Assembly (NCBI GenBank): GCA_040285855.1
Contig: JAUFOQ010000013.1
Span: forward strand, 186,001-250,000
Length of the DNA stretch: 64,000 nucleotides
Direction: 5' to 3'
DNA from: Eukaryota sp. GEM-RC1
Lineage: Eukaryota
The notes beneath the pieces are model-generated. The model did not search any database and was not told where the DNA came from. It saw nothing but the letters and a program-made list of their open reading frames with translations. The translations under genes and the position numbers were made by a program. Shown one piece after another: positions 24,050-34,680 of the stretch (positions are counted from its first letter, which is position 1; every line of letters starts with the position of its first letter).

Positions 24050-25471
24050 ATAAATATATAAATCTCTTCCTTGCTCTATGTCTGTGGGATTACGTTCAGA
24101 TTGTAGAATTTGAAGAGCTGCGGGATTTGCTGGCCCACCGTCAAGTGATGCCCAATACAGTTGACGAGCAAGTGTGTCAGCTGTTGGCTCAGCTACTATT
24201 CCCTCTAATTCTGGTTCAGTATTCTCCTTAATCATGTTGGAAACTTGTGTTGTAACAAAGTTCAAGATTGAAGATATGTACTGACCATCAGCAATTGAAT
24301 CTTCTGTTGCAATACTTTCCAAATAAAAACTTCTACCATTGGAGGTGATGATTATGTTGTGAATAGCTTCCATCTTGGAAGAACAACCATCAACTGCTAT
24401 CTCGACACCATATGTACGAATAAGTGGAATCAATACACTCTTGACAAGAACGTCAACATTTGTTTTTAACTCTGGAATATTTTTGTCAACCAAGCTGGTA
24501 CGAGTCGGTCCAATAAAATCTTTCTCAACCTGTCTAGAACGTTGATATTGAGCAAACTTTGTAAGTGCGTTTTTGTACGATGACTTCTCCACGGTCGAAA
24601 ATGGAAGGCCGTTAGCTACAACAAAAAGAGCAAGCTCACGGCAAATTTCATCTTCAATTGCTGTGGCAGAAAAGAACTGATTAGTTGCTTCAGTATCTTG
24701 GGTAACTTGAGCAGTGATAGCTTGAATTTCTGCGACTTTGATGGAGTTACTCTTTTGCGCTAGGATCTTTATCATTTCGATATTTAATTAGAGGGGCCAG
24801 CTCTTTTGTGTTTGTCCAACCACTGCAGTTGAGGGAGGTATTTTTCAGGAAAGCGAGAAGTGTTTTCCTGAATAAAAGTGACGTTACACCCTTGGCACCA
24901 TAAATCAGCCTTAGAGGTACCACTGGGATTTCGGAGAAAGCACATATCCCATCGTGGATTGGATCCCCTTTCTGTAACTTTTCTGTAAAAGCCAGAAGGT
25001 ATAGAGTTGATTGGTGGTATAGATTGGTGAAGAGAAGTCATGAAGGAGGGTCTGGTTCAAATTATATGTTGAACTTTTTATTGTTTCATTTGTTCATCAT
25101 CTATTCTGGATTTGACTCTGTGAAATGCAATCAGTTCAAACAAACGATCTCCCAAAGCAAAAAAAGTACGACTATCTCTATCTAATAGACTCATTTTACA
25201 TCAAATCTGTGCTGAAAAGCACTTGGAATGTGTGTTTGAAAAATACACTGAAATACAGTTTGTATTTTAAAACTCACTTTGTGAAAAATACATAAAATAC
25301 ATAAAATACAGAAATACATAAAATACAGAAATCTGTATTTTACAAGTATGTTTGATACTGTGTTCGATTTTCTTCAGAAGATTTTCTCTTGGCATTAAGC
25401 CTTGAAAATGCCACTTTGTTTACAGCAATTTTACTGCAGAGTTCGCTTTGGCGGTTATAAGGTTGCACGTC
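24050..25471 (-). mobile_element. hAT transposon 5' half (BED-like finger plus DUF659-type region), truncated
   Basis: W..CF...WCQGC finger; LALFVVANGLPFSTVE, PTRTSL, IAVDGCS, FYLESI motifs; AAATACA subterminal repeats at 25240-25340; end TTGCACGTC. Confidence 0.8.
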
Positions 25472-25475
25472 CCTC

Positions 25476-27346
25476 TTTAGCCCTCTTCTCTTTCTCTTAC
25501 ATATAACGTACCGTGTATTCTCCGTGATTAACGTGTTAAAAGCATTGTCTCCTTTGACGTTTCCAGTTTCATGAGGAGTTAAGATGACACTCTTCTCTGA
25601 GTGAGTTGGTCGGAGCATTTCGCACGTATTCCCAGGACATCAAAGTTCCCTCCGATCATATCTTTCTCCAAGCCACGATGCAAAAGGTGGATTCGATGAT
25701 GTAGACGCTCTAAGTGATGTACTCTCTCTGCCGTTGTCGTCACTACATCTACTCTGACAAGGAAGGAACACCTCCAACTTCTTCCTGTTGAATCTTCATC
25801 TTCCTTCTGAATTTCTCCTCCATTCTGCTTGATATTTGCATCACTATCATTGACAATCTTGATTTTGCTCTGGGAAGAAAGCTTCTCTCCTCCCCTTTCA
25901 AAAAATCCTGTCAACAAACACCATCTTAGACACGCTCCAACAATACACCGCGTATAGAAGTGTCTTTATCTAAACCTTCTTCTTCCTGGCCACTTCAATC
26001 CATCCACTTTCCTTCTAGTTAATTACCATGTCACATTTGCTGATTGTGATTATTCTAAGAACTTTCCCAATCTAACTCTTTGAACCCTTTCAACGAATTT
26101 TGTTTGTCTTGTAGTGTGGTTAAATTCCTGGTCCACATACTGATCCTTATTCTCATTGCGCAGTTGAATATCAGCAACTAACTCAAAGATATGCTTCTGC
26201 CGTTCAATGATTGGTGAACCAAAAGGTTTAAGTAAACCTTCACCTTTTGACGAGTCAATAACTGAATTTGTCCAATATCGATGGTTTTATTAAAACTGTA
26301 AATTGGTGAACTTTAAAAATTCTCATTAGTTTATCATCTTACCAATTTGTTCAAAATCATTACTCACTATAATTATTTCAGAAATCGATTATTTCTGTGC
26401 AAAAATCAGGACTTGTATGATCTCATTTTCCGATAACTATTTAACTAAGATTTGCAATTTGAACTTTCTAATTCTTAATATTTTGAAATTCAACTAGTGT
26501 GCTTCTTAATTCCACGTCTTGCTACCAGTTTTATCTGCAGTTCTGACGGTGTTACTTATAAGTTAAGTTAGAAATCAGAACCAAAACTATTTGTAAGAAT
26601 GTAACTTAACCATTAGATTAAGTTGAGTCATTTTGAACTTAGATCCAGACTTTTAATGAATCACGAACTTATGAAGGTCAATCTGAGGGAAATTTGGACT
26701 AAGTTTCACAGTCATGATTCAACTTTTATGTCTATTTTGACACCAATTTAACTGTCACTACAATCAATCTTGGCTTCAATTTCTTTGTGTTTGTATCAAG
26801 ATATTTTACCACATGAAGTTTATTTAGTCGTGTTTTACTCTCGTTCTGTCTGTGCCAATTTGACACGTGTCAATTGTTGACGTGATCAATCTCTTGTAGA
26901 TGCTCAATTATGCTTGTATTCTGAACACAGACTTACAATGCACAATTAGCACATCACTATTCTTTTCTTGTTAATTAATTGCAACAGTTTTGAAAACTCA
27001 TATAAGGAGTTCTTCAACATTAGAAATGTTAAAAAATGTAATGGCAAGGGAAAATATTCTTCAATCAGGTACTTGTGCTTCTTGGTGAAGGGTACTGTGT
27101 AATTGTTCCAAAATGACTTAAAATTGCAATGCTTTTCAAAAACAGCATGGTTGTTTCTATTTTCATTATTGTTGATGTTTTTTGCTATGTTAGTGTTGGA
27201 TTTGAACGTGTGTTTTTTATGCGTTGTATATTTGATTCAGTGTGTTTTTGTAATTCTATTCAGTGGAGGAAGGAATTTTCGCTACTCAGAATTTCAATAC
27301 TTCTTCAATTTGTTTGTTTGCTACAAACTTTTTTAATTCAGGATAT
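25476..27346 (-). repeat. Repeat X copy 3 (truncated, beta/alpha chimera)
   Basis: First ~215 bp match the reverse complement of copy 2; the rest matches copy 1. Confidence 0.9.
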
Positions 27347-27771
27347 TTTTGTACTATTTCTTCATTCATCTTTTGCACATATAATTCACTACCCAAGAGC
27401 AAATTAAATCCCCAAAACTTGGATTATTGTCAAAATTGTTGCCGTAAAAAATAGGATCAGAATGGGTTGTTGCTAATGGATATTTTATTGGAAATGATTT
27501 CTTCCAATTGTAAGAAAGTATAGTAACGGAACCTTCTTTGTTTGTTTGAGGAGAGAACAGAAAAATCTCAATGCACCAAACATCAACACTACATATTTGA
27601 GTATCACCTTTTTGCCGATGAATAAGATTGAGCGTTCGTACGTTGAATTGAAAATCTCTATTTTGCTTTATCAAAATCTAAACCATAATCGTTTAACATT
27701 GTTTATTTAAAAAAATCATTTTTTTACCTCAATGAAAATAAAAAAAACTTTTTTATATTTTTTCTTTTTCC

Positions 27772-28626
27772 TTAAAATAGAATCCAATCGAAATCTTTCC
27801 CATTACTTTCAAGTCTGTTTAATCGGAACATTATAGTTCGATAATGTCTCTCTACGTCATAATTATTAAAATTAGAATTAATTAATGTGTTTGCAAGCAA
27901 AAACATTGTTCTGCAATAAATAAATGAGACAAATAACGAAGTGACACAATAATTATCAGGATTGAATACACGCGTTTGATTGAGGAATGGTTGACAAAAT
28001 GAATGACAAGTGTTGAACTCTCCGAATACATGAGTCATATAAGGAAATTCACTCAAAAACAAATCAGAGATTTGTCTTAGGTCGTTGATTAACTTGGGCC
28101 TGTTCATTCTTCTTAAAAACTTAAAGAATTCTTCGACATAAAGACAGATCTTCAATTTGTATTGTTTTTCTATCTCTTTGTCTGATCTGTTTAATCCACA
28201 AACCAGGTCTTTGCAAAACGTTGCAAAGAAATTAGTCCATTTAACAAAATATCTAATGAATTCCAATTCTGAATCAACGAAGGAATAAGGTTCTGTTGAT
28301 TTGTGTACACCCAATCCCTTGAAACCATTATATACATTAACTGTCTTGAATTCAGCACTGATTGATAGATTGAGTGGTAGATTGAATGTAAAATCTCTTG
28401 CCTTGATTCTGAGTTTCGAAAATTTGTTGGGCAATTTGTTTGTAGAAATCTTGTCATCAGTTTGGTCATCAAATTCTTTGATGTGCCTTTCACGAAGTTC
28501 TGGAGGTTGACACATAATAATGCACTCATCGATATTTGCATCAAGAGTAGAGGATACAAGAACAACAGAAGAGTCAAGAGTAGCAGTCGTAATAGTAGGA
28601 GTTTGCATTAGAGCAGAAGTTTCCAT
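27772..28626 (-). CDS. Orphan protein (~284 aa), full-length member of a local gene family
   Basis: Uninterrupted ORF, likely start METSALMQ; a paralog exists at 20390-20747. Confidence 0.75.
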   Translation of the reverse strand: METSALMQTPTITTATLDSSVVLVSSTLDANIDECIIMCQPPELRERHIKEFDDQTDDKISTNKLPNKFSKLRIKARDFTFNLPLNLSISAEFKTVNVYNGFKGLGVHKSTEPYSFVDSELEFIRYFVKWTNFFATFCKDLVCGLNRSDKEIEKQYKLKICLYVEEFFKFLRRMNRPKLINDLRQISDLFLSEFPYMTHVFGEFNTCHSFCQPFLNQTRVFNPDNYCVTSLFVSFIYCRTMFLLANTLINSNFNNYDVERHYRTIMFRLNRLESNGKDFDWILF

Positions 28627-28966
28627 AAGTACAGAGAGTTTATATATTAATATAATTTTCAATTTTTGAATGGTAATCATTTTTTCCCTGCTCCATTTTA
28701 CTATTGTACGTATTTCTTTTATTGCTTCTTTTTTCCTTCTAATATTTATACAAAAACATAACTAACAAAAGCATCAAATTTAGAGTCATTTTTATATAAT
28801 CAAATATTTAATGTTAGAAACATTATTTTATTCAAATTTGGTTTTGATGTTTCTCTTAAATATTTCCATAATTTACTTATAGATTCTTCCATTTATGAGA
28901 AATTTAATCATTTTTTCTACAAAAAATAAAAGATTTTTAGATTATTTTAATAAAATAAAACAACTA

Positions 28967-31072
28967 CAGTCTTCCCCCGGTTTATGTCCACCTCTTGGAC
29001 TGGACATAAACCGAATTTGGACATAAACCGGGGGTTGCTTCGGTGCAGAGTGAACAGATATCTATGGGTCTTTATTGTTATGTGAAATAAAAGCTAAAGT
29101 GAGGGCCATTCTACTGATGATGGTGTTGTATCAAGGGGTTCTACCATATCGGAGAGAAAGGTCTCCAATTCTCAGACGGTGATATCGTGAGAAATTTCAT
29201 TTGAATCCTGGAAATGCAGCCATTGGCAGAGTTGTAGGACACTTTCGTTCATAACAGGAAGCAGTTGTAACAAGTTTGAGGGAGCGTTTAAAGACATAGA
29301 CGGATCTTGAAGAAAGGATGTTATGTCAATAAGACAAGGATTGCAAAGTAGAAACCGACGATTGACAGCAAATAAAAAGTTTTGAAGGGAGTATAGAGCA
29401 TTCAAGGCATCGTATTCTGATAGCAATGAAGAGGATGATGTCTTCTCACATTGAAAGTTCTCAGACTCTAGCAAGATGTCCAAGACTGAATCCACAACAT
29501 AGTCTCTTTCCATGCTTCTTCCTTCTTCTTCATCGCCTGTTACATCTTGATCATATTCGTTAAAGACGGTTCCCATGCTATCATCCATTCTTAACTTTTT
29601 CGATCAATGTTGTCTTTCGCCAACAGTTGATGATTGACACAGCTCCTACCTGATCCCATGCAAATTTACATAGCTCCACTGCTTCATATAGGGTAAAGTC
29701 ACGCATTGCTCCTTTTTGCTTGAATATATAATTTACTATACCTCTCTTATAGTAGTTTTTAAACGCTTTGATAACACCTAAATCCAGAGGCTGTAACTTA
29801 CTCGAGGTGTTTGGCGGAAGGAACTCTAGACGCACATTACTGAACTCATCTTCAATCTTGTGAGAAGGAACGTTATCTACTAAAAGAAGGATCCTTCTTC
29901 CTTGGGATCTCATCTCCTTGTTGAGGGTGTACATATAGTTGTAGAATATCTCCTTTGTCATCCAACCTTTAGCATTGTTGGTATAAACTAAGTAATCTCG
30001 AATGTTTTTTCCTTTAAAATGATGTGGATTCTTTGCTTGTCCAATCATCCAAGAATCCAGTTTCTCACCAATAGCACTAACAGTGAGGACAAGTGTCACT
30101 CTATTCTTGAAATTCTTTTTACCATGTAATTTTGTGAGAGCAGATATTGTCTTGGTTGGAAGTGCTTTCCAAAATAACGCGGTTTCATCCATGTTAAAGA
30201 CATTATGGATTGGGAAGTTATTGATGATCATGCGAATATCAATTATACGAGTAGCATGTAAAGCAAGGTCAACACTGGCCTCTTCTCCGTGAATAGTTTT
30301 TAGAGAGAGATTATGGCGCTTCTTGAATCGCGTTAACCATCCATTAGATGCGGTAAATTGTGAGTCCAATCCTATTCTATCTGCTATCCTAAGCCCTATC
30401 GATTGTAGAAGCCACTCTGTTATAATAATACGGCCATCTAGTTCTTCAACAAGTTTGGCCAGAATTTGTTCGAGGATTGGATAGTCGGATGACTTAGATG
30501 ACTTATATGGTCCAGAATCAGGTCTTGCTGCTGTGCGAATCCTACGTACAGTTCGCGGAGAAACAGAGATATTGTACATAGAATTCAGATGGGATACCAT
30601 CGCTGTTTCTGAAAGACCACTATCATGGGCAAACTGCCATACATATAGTTTTTCATCCCCAGTTAAGCGGATACGAGTCTTTACATCTGCACGTCGTCGT
30701 CTTTTGGGTGGTTGTAATGCGATTTGGTTGCAGTTGCTGGAGGAGGGAGTCAGTGGTTGTTGTGTTGAGGTATTAGAGGTTTGAGTTGAGGGAGACAGTT
30801 GTACTTGTTCGTCAAGAGCTGTAGGAAACACTGAAGTCAATTCAGATGGAAAGTGGACAGCGACTAGGCTATCAATAGTATCATTGATACCATCAAGCAT
30901 TATGTAATGAAAACGGTAAGTAACAATGTTTATTGAAGAAATAAGAAGGAGATCGGTCGATGAACGATCAACGGAGAGAAGAAGATCGATCGACAAAAGT
31001 CGGACAGGAAAATTTTGGACATAAACCGAGTTTGAACATAAACCGAATTGGACATAAACCGGGGGAAGACTG
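28967..31072 (-). mobile_element. pogo/Tigger (Tc1-mariner superfamily) DNA transposon, full length, 2106 bp
   Basis: Perfect 24-bp TIR CAGTCTTCCCCCGGTTTATGTCCA, TA on both flanks, subterminal GGACATAAACCG repeats. Confidence 0.97.
29581..30900 (-). CDS. pogo-family DD30D transposase (CENP-B-type HTH plus DDE_1)
   Basis: FTASNGWLTRFKKRH, NMDETALFW, LLVDNVPSH, FLPPNTSSKLQPLDLGVIKAFK; 30 residues between the second and third Asp. An acidic tail continues in another frame (29172-29588). Confidence 0.95.
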   Translation of the reverse strand: MLDGINDTIDSLVAVHFPSELTSVFPTALDEQVQLSPSTQTSNTSTQQPLTPSSSNCNQIALQPPKRRRRADVKTRIRLTGDEKLYVWQFAHDSGLSETAMVSHLNSMYNISVSPRTVRRIRTAARPDSGPYKSSKSSDYPILEQILAKLVEELDGRIIITEWLLQSIGLRIADRIGLDSQFTASNGWLTRFKKRHNLSLKTIHGEEASVDLALHATRIIDIRMIINNFPIHNVFNMDETALFWKALPTKTISALTKLHGKKNFKNRVTLVLTVSAIGEKLDSWMIGQAKNPHHFKGKNIRDYLVYTNNAKGWMTKEIFYNYMYTLNKEMRSQGRRILLLVDNVPSHKIEDEFSNVRLEFLPPNTSSKLQPLDLGVIKAFKNYYKRGIVNYIFKQKGAMRDFTLYEAVELCKFAWDQVGAVSIINCWRKTTLIEKVKNG

Positions 31073-31220
31073 TACAAAAAGATTAAATTTTTCAATTTCA
31101 TAATAATATTTTAAGATCTAAAATCTATAGGACTTTTGCGTTCTTTTTTAAGTGGATATAGTTCATCTATATAAAATACAACTTTTTTAAATCTATTTTT
31201 TAACACAAGATAATTTTGAA

Positions 31221-32090
31221 TCAAAATTTTTGATAATCTAATAATTCACTATATTCTTTTATTATTGTATTATTATATATTAAAAATAAACGAGAATGAG
31301 AATAAAATATATTATCATCTTTTCTCAAATGTATAAATGATATTTCTCTATTCAAAAAATTAGAAAATAGATGCTTTACATTAGAATCATAAAAACCTTT
31401 TTTATTATTTATTAATATAATAGAATTATCTCTTTCATTTATATTTAACATTTCTAATATTTCATTAAAAATATTTTCATTCACATTATAATATTCTTTC
31501 ATGTAAGGATTGTATAATTGAGAGAGAAATTTATTCGACACCCAATAAGGTAACCTTCCTACAAACTATGAAATTGTAAAAACAAACAAATAATACTAAG
31601 ATTAAATCCAAACGACTTCATCACCACCCGGTAAAAAATTACGTTTATCAACATTAACCTTCACACCAAACTTGTACAATTTCTCAATTAATCTAGAGAA
31701 AAAGAAAGGAATATTCCGATCTATGGAAAACACTATACGGATTTTCCATTCAGCCATTCTAAACTTACGCTTCTTTTCTTTACACAATTCTTCGAAATCC
31801 TTGAAAAATTGATCACCAGCAGGACTAATAGATCCAAAAAGAGAAACAGCAAAAGGTTGAAACACAAATTTGGAATATGAGTTTCTATTTAATTCTTCTA
31901 CTTGAGAGTCATACTTAGCTTTTCAGCTGCTGTTAATGGATTAAAAGAAGAATCTAATATCCTACTAACACAAGATTTGTTACATACATCTACTGTAGTA
32001 AAATCCATTAATGATTGCCTCGATTTAAGCCACGGAGTATGCAAATCCAAAGTTAGTTAATGATATTTTCATCTAATTGTAATAACATTT
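31221..32090 (-). pseudogene. AT-rich orphan gene apparently interrupted by a retroelement fragment
   Basis: MLLQLDENIIN (from ~32088) before the insertion; VGRLPYWVSNKFLSQLYNPY... after it (ORF 31221-31541). Confidence 0.45.
31575..32050 (-). mobile_element. 3' fragment of an RLE-type non-LTR retrotransposon
   Basis: PWLKSRQSLMDFTTVDVCN...PLTAAE..KYDSQV...FVFQPFAVSLFGSIS...WKIRIVFSI; homologous to the other two fragments. Confidence 0.8.
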
Positions 32091-32792
32091 ATTAATGAAT
32101 AAAATCATTTTTTTTAAAAATAAAATTATTTTTAATTCTAAATATTCTAAATTCTATTTTAAATCTTTCCTTTATATATCAAGCAGGGCTCCTCATAAAT
32201 AAATATAAATTCTATTTATTTCTATTTCTATTTATTTTTGACCCTTTTTGGCGGTCATGCAAATAAACAAAAATGCAACAAAATGAAAATATATATAATA
32301 AAATGTCGGAAAGAAAACTTCATTGATCTCCATAGTGCATGAGTTAAGTTAGTTCTCAATGTTGTTGATTGACTCAAACTTTGCCATTTCAATGTCGAAC
32401 CTAACCAACGCAGATGAGCATTTACCTCTGTTCTAAGCCGATCCAACGACTATATCCGAACATATGATCAGTGAACGACTCTCATGGTCGTCCACGATGT
32501 TGACCATTGATCTAATTATGAGGATCCAGATATCTCTATGGCATGGCGACGCAGTTAGAGCAATTATACGAAGCAGAAAATCAACTACCCTTTTTCCACA
32601 AGAAAGGGATGATCCAATGGATTGTGTATTCATCGGTAGTGACTGAGAGAAAATGTACTGATAAAATATTTTGTTTTTTTTGGGTTTTATTTTGTTTTAA
32701 TTATATTTATTTAACATTTATTTTTGGCACTTTTTTTATTACCTATTCATTTTTCTATCAAAAAATAATTATATTTAGTGAAAACTCTAAAT

Positions 32793-33176
32793 TTAAATTT
32801 CATATTTTTCAAAAAATTGTCTTTTTTGAATACAATCTTTTAATTCCCCCCTTAAGACGCCCTTCCACTCAGAAACCTCACCTTTAGCGACCTCCAACCG
32901 CTTCTTCTCCCCCACCGTTAGAGGAATTGGGACGACGTCAGTATGCATCAACTCCCTGAAGTTGTACCGAACCCATGTCGGCCGCCTTGGGGGAGCCCTA
33001 ACTCCAAGACCCCCTAGAACCCTCTCCTGTATAACTTCTACACCATGGAGAACGAGCGCCCTCACTACATTAAATTTAGAAACCTCAGTCGGCGTCAACG
33101 TCCCAATTCCAGTTTCAATCCTTTTGAAGGAGATTACCCGATCTTGGAAGTCGGACAACGACATCAAAAGTTGCAT
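32793..33176 (-). CDS. Hypothetical small protein
   Basis: 127-codon ORF coinciding with a GC-richer island in AT-rich DNA. Confidence 0.4.
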   Translation of the reverse strand: MQLLMSLSDFQDRVISFKRIETGIGTLTPTEVSKFNVVRALVLHGVEVIQERVLGGLGVRAPPRRPTWVRYNFRELMHTDVVPIPLTVGEKKRLEVAKGEVSEWKGVLRGELKDCIQKRQFFEKYEI

Positions 33177-33409
33177 CAGATACGTTAATCATTAGTTGGA
33201 ATGTTCTTCCGTACAAAAGATAAAAATCGAGCATAGTAATAGTAAAAGATTTTGTCTATTACATTTAGAATAAATAATTCGTAGTTAAACAAAAATTTTT
33301 AACTCATGATATTTTGATATTATTTCTTCATTCATCTTTTGAATATATAATTCAATAGGATATACTTTTTTTTTCATAGTCTTTAAACTTTTTATGATGA
33401 TTTTTATAT

Positions 33410-33575
33410 AAGAATTTATTTGCAACAATAAATTAATACATACTAATTCAGAAAATGAAAGAAGTTACATTCAGGAATTATTCCTCGAGTTGAAAGAGAG
33501 GATGGAGCTTTAAGATTAATTGGGTAATTATATTTTTCTTCGTTGGTTGGATCAAGAAAATGAATTAAGGTTAAA
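33410..33575 (+). pseudogene. Fragment of a second copy of the D5-like primase gene
   Basis: EFICNNKLIHTNSENERS nearly matches EFICNNKFIHTNSENERS (4501-4556, minus strand) and continues YIQELFLELKERMEL...ENELRLKK. Confidence 0.8.
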
Positions 33576-33612
33576 AAAATGTTTTCATATTCTGATTAGT
33601 TTATTCTTTATC

Positions 33613-34626
33613 ATGTCCGACTGTAACGCGCTTATTGCTAAATTGACAAAAGCCCTTCTTGACCCTGATGTTTCTGTCCCCCACAATGATACTGTAGAGA
33701 CAACGCACGATGATCCCCCCTCAGCAAAGGTTTCTCCTCTGTCCGTTGCCGTTCATTCGGTAAATGGTATCATCTGTCCTCTCAAGGGCGGAGTAGAAAC
33801 TGGACGGCATATCACCACAATTTTGAAGAATGGTGCCAGATTGCTCGGTGCTATAGATATCAAGGTGAAATATCGTCAAAATCGAGAAGTAGAGTGTGTA
33901 CACCCTGATGGCGCCGGTATCTATACCGATGGTGCTTGGGCTTATATTGCTTCTACCAACAAGGTTGAGAGAGATTGTCGCTCCAATAAAACTCCGTTGC
34001 AGGTAGACGTTTCCGTCATTAACGGAATTGTTTGCCCGCATATCGACGGGGTAGCATTGGGACGGTTAGAATCGAATTTGTATGTTCACAATCGTACGGG
34101 CATTCTAAATGCTTCTTTGGATATACATAACGAGTTCGAACAAGACCCCTCCGCCCCTCCGATGTTCCCACACGTTGTGCCCATTTTAGATCCGGAAGGA
34201 TATGAAAAAGCACTGAATGCGTATGGTGTTCCACCCCCGTCATCTCTTCTGGTGGTCGTGGTGGTCGTGGTAGTCGTGGTGGTCGTGGTCGTGGACGTGG
34301 CACTCGTGGTCGCGGACGCGGTTCTAACCGTGGCGGGCGTGGCTATAAATCACTTCCTTATGTCTTCGTCAACATACACTAAGACCATCACAATCGAAAG
34401 ATTTTTTATCGGGAATTCTCTATGTATTAGAGAAATAACTGATGATATTTATCATCAAATGATTAAAACCACCATCACTTCTAGTGTTGGTGAAACTCTT
34501 TATTTTGTTGATGTAGTCAACAAAACTCAAATTCAACAGTGTCCCCAATCATTAGGAGTTTTTCATGGTTTTCCAGAACCAAATGAAGAAGAACCAACGG
34601 ATGAAGAAGAATCAATGAAAGAATAA
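33613..34626 (+). CDS. Second copy of the duplicated-domain/RGG orphan gene
   Basis: Near-identical to 15368-16372, with 9 extra nt in the repeat tract. Confidence 0.65.
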   Translation: MSDCNALIAKLTKALLDPDVSVPHNDTVETTHDDPPSAKVSPLSVAVHSVNGIICPLKGGVETGRHITTILKNGARLLGAIDIKVKYRQNREVECVHPDGAGIYTDGAWAYIASTNKVERDCRSNKTPLQVDVSVINGIVCPHIDGVALGRLESNLYVHNRTGILNASLDIHNEFEQDPSAPPMFPHVVPILDPEGYEKALNAYGVPPPSSLLVVVVVVVVVVVVVVDVALVVADAVLTVAGVAINHFLMSSSTYTKTITIERFFIGNSLCIREITDDIYHQMIKTTITSSVGETLYFVDVVNKTQIQQCPQSLGVFHGFPEPNEEEPTDEEESMKE

Positions 34627-34680
34627 ATTTTCTCTGAGGTTTGTTTAAAAATCTAATAGATTATAGTCCCTTTGAAAACC

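Larger units (their letters stand above)
12497..25471. repeat. Tandem segmental duplication, unit 1 (~13.0 kb)
   Basis: ORFs and intergenic DNA recur near-identically at offsets of ~18.24 kb and ~31.3 kb. Confidence 0.95.

Noticed and set aside
25240..25340. AAATACA(T/G) short repeats as a CRISPR-like array
   Set aside because: No unique spacers and no cas genes; these are subterminal repeats of a hAT element.
29172..29588. Fanzor/TnpB-like cargo in the pogo element
   Set aside because: No RuvC or zinc-finger motifs; it resembles an acidic transposase tail.
30901..31101. N-terminal 67 codons of the 506-aa pogo ORF
   Set aside because: Starts outside the TIR and crosses subterminal repeats; the ATG at 30900 is more plausible.
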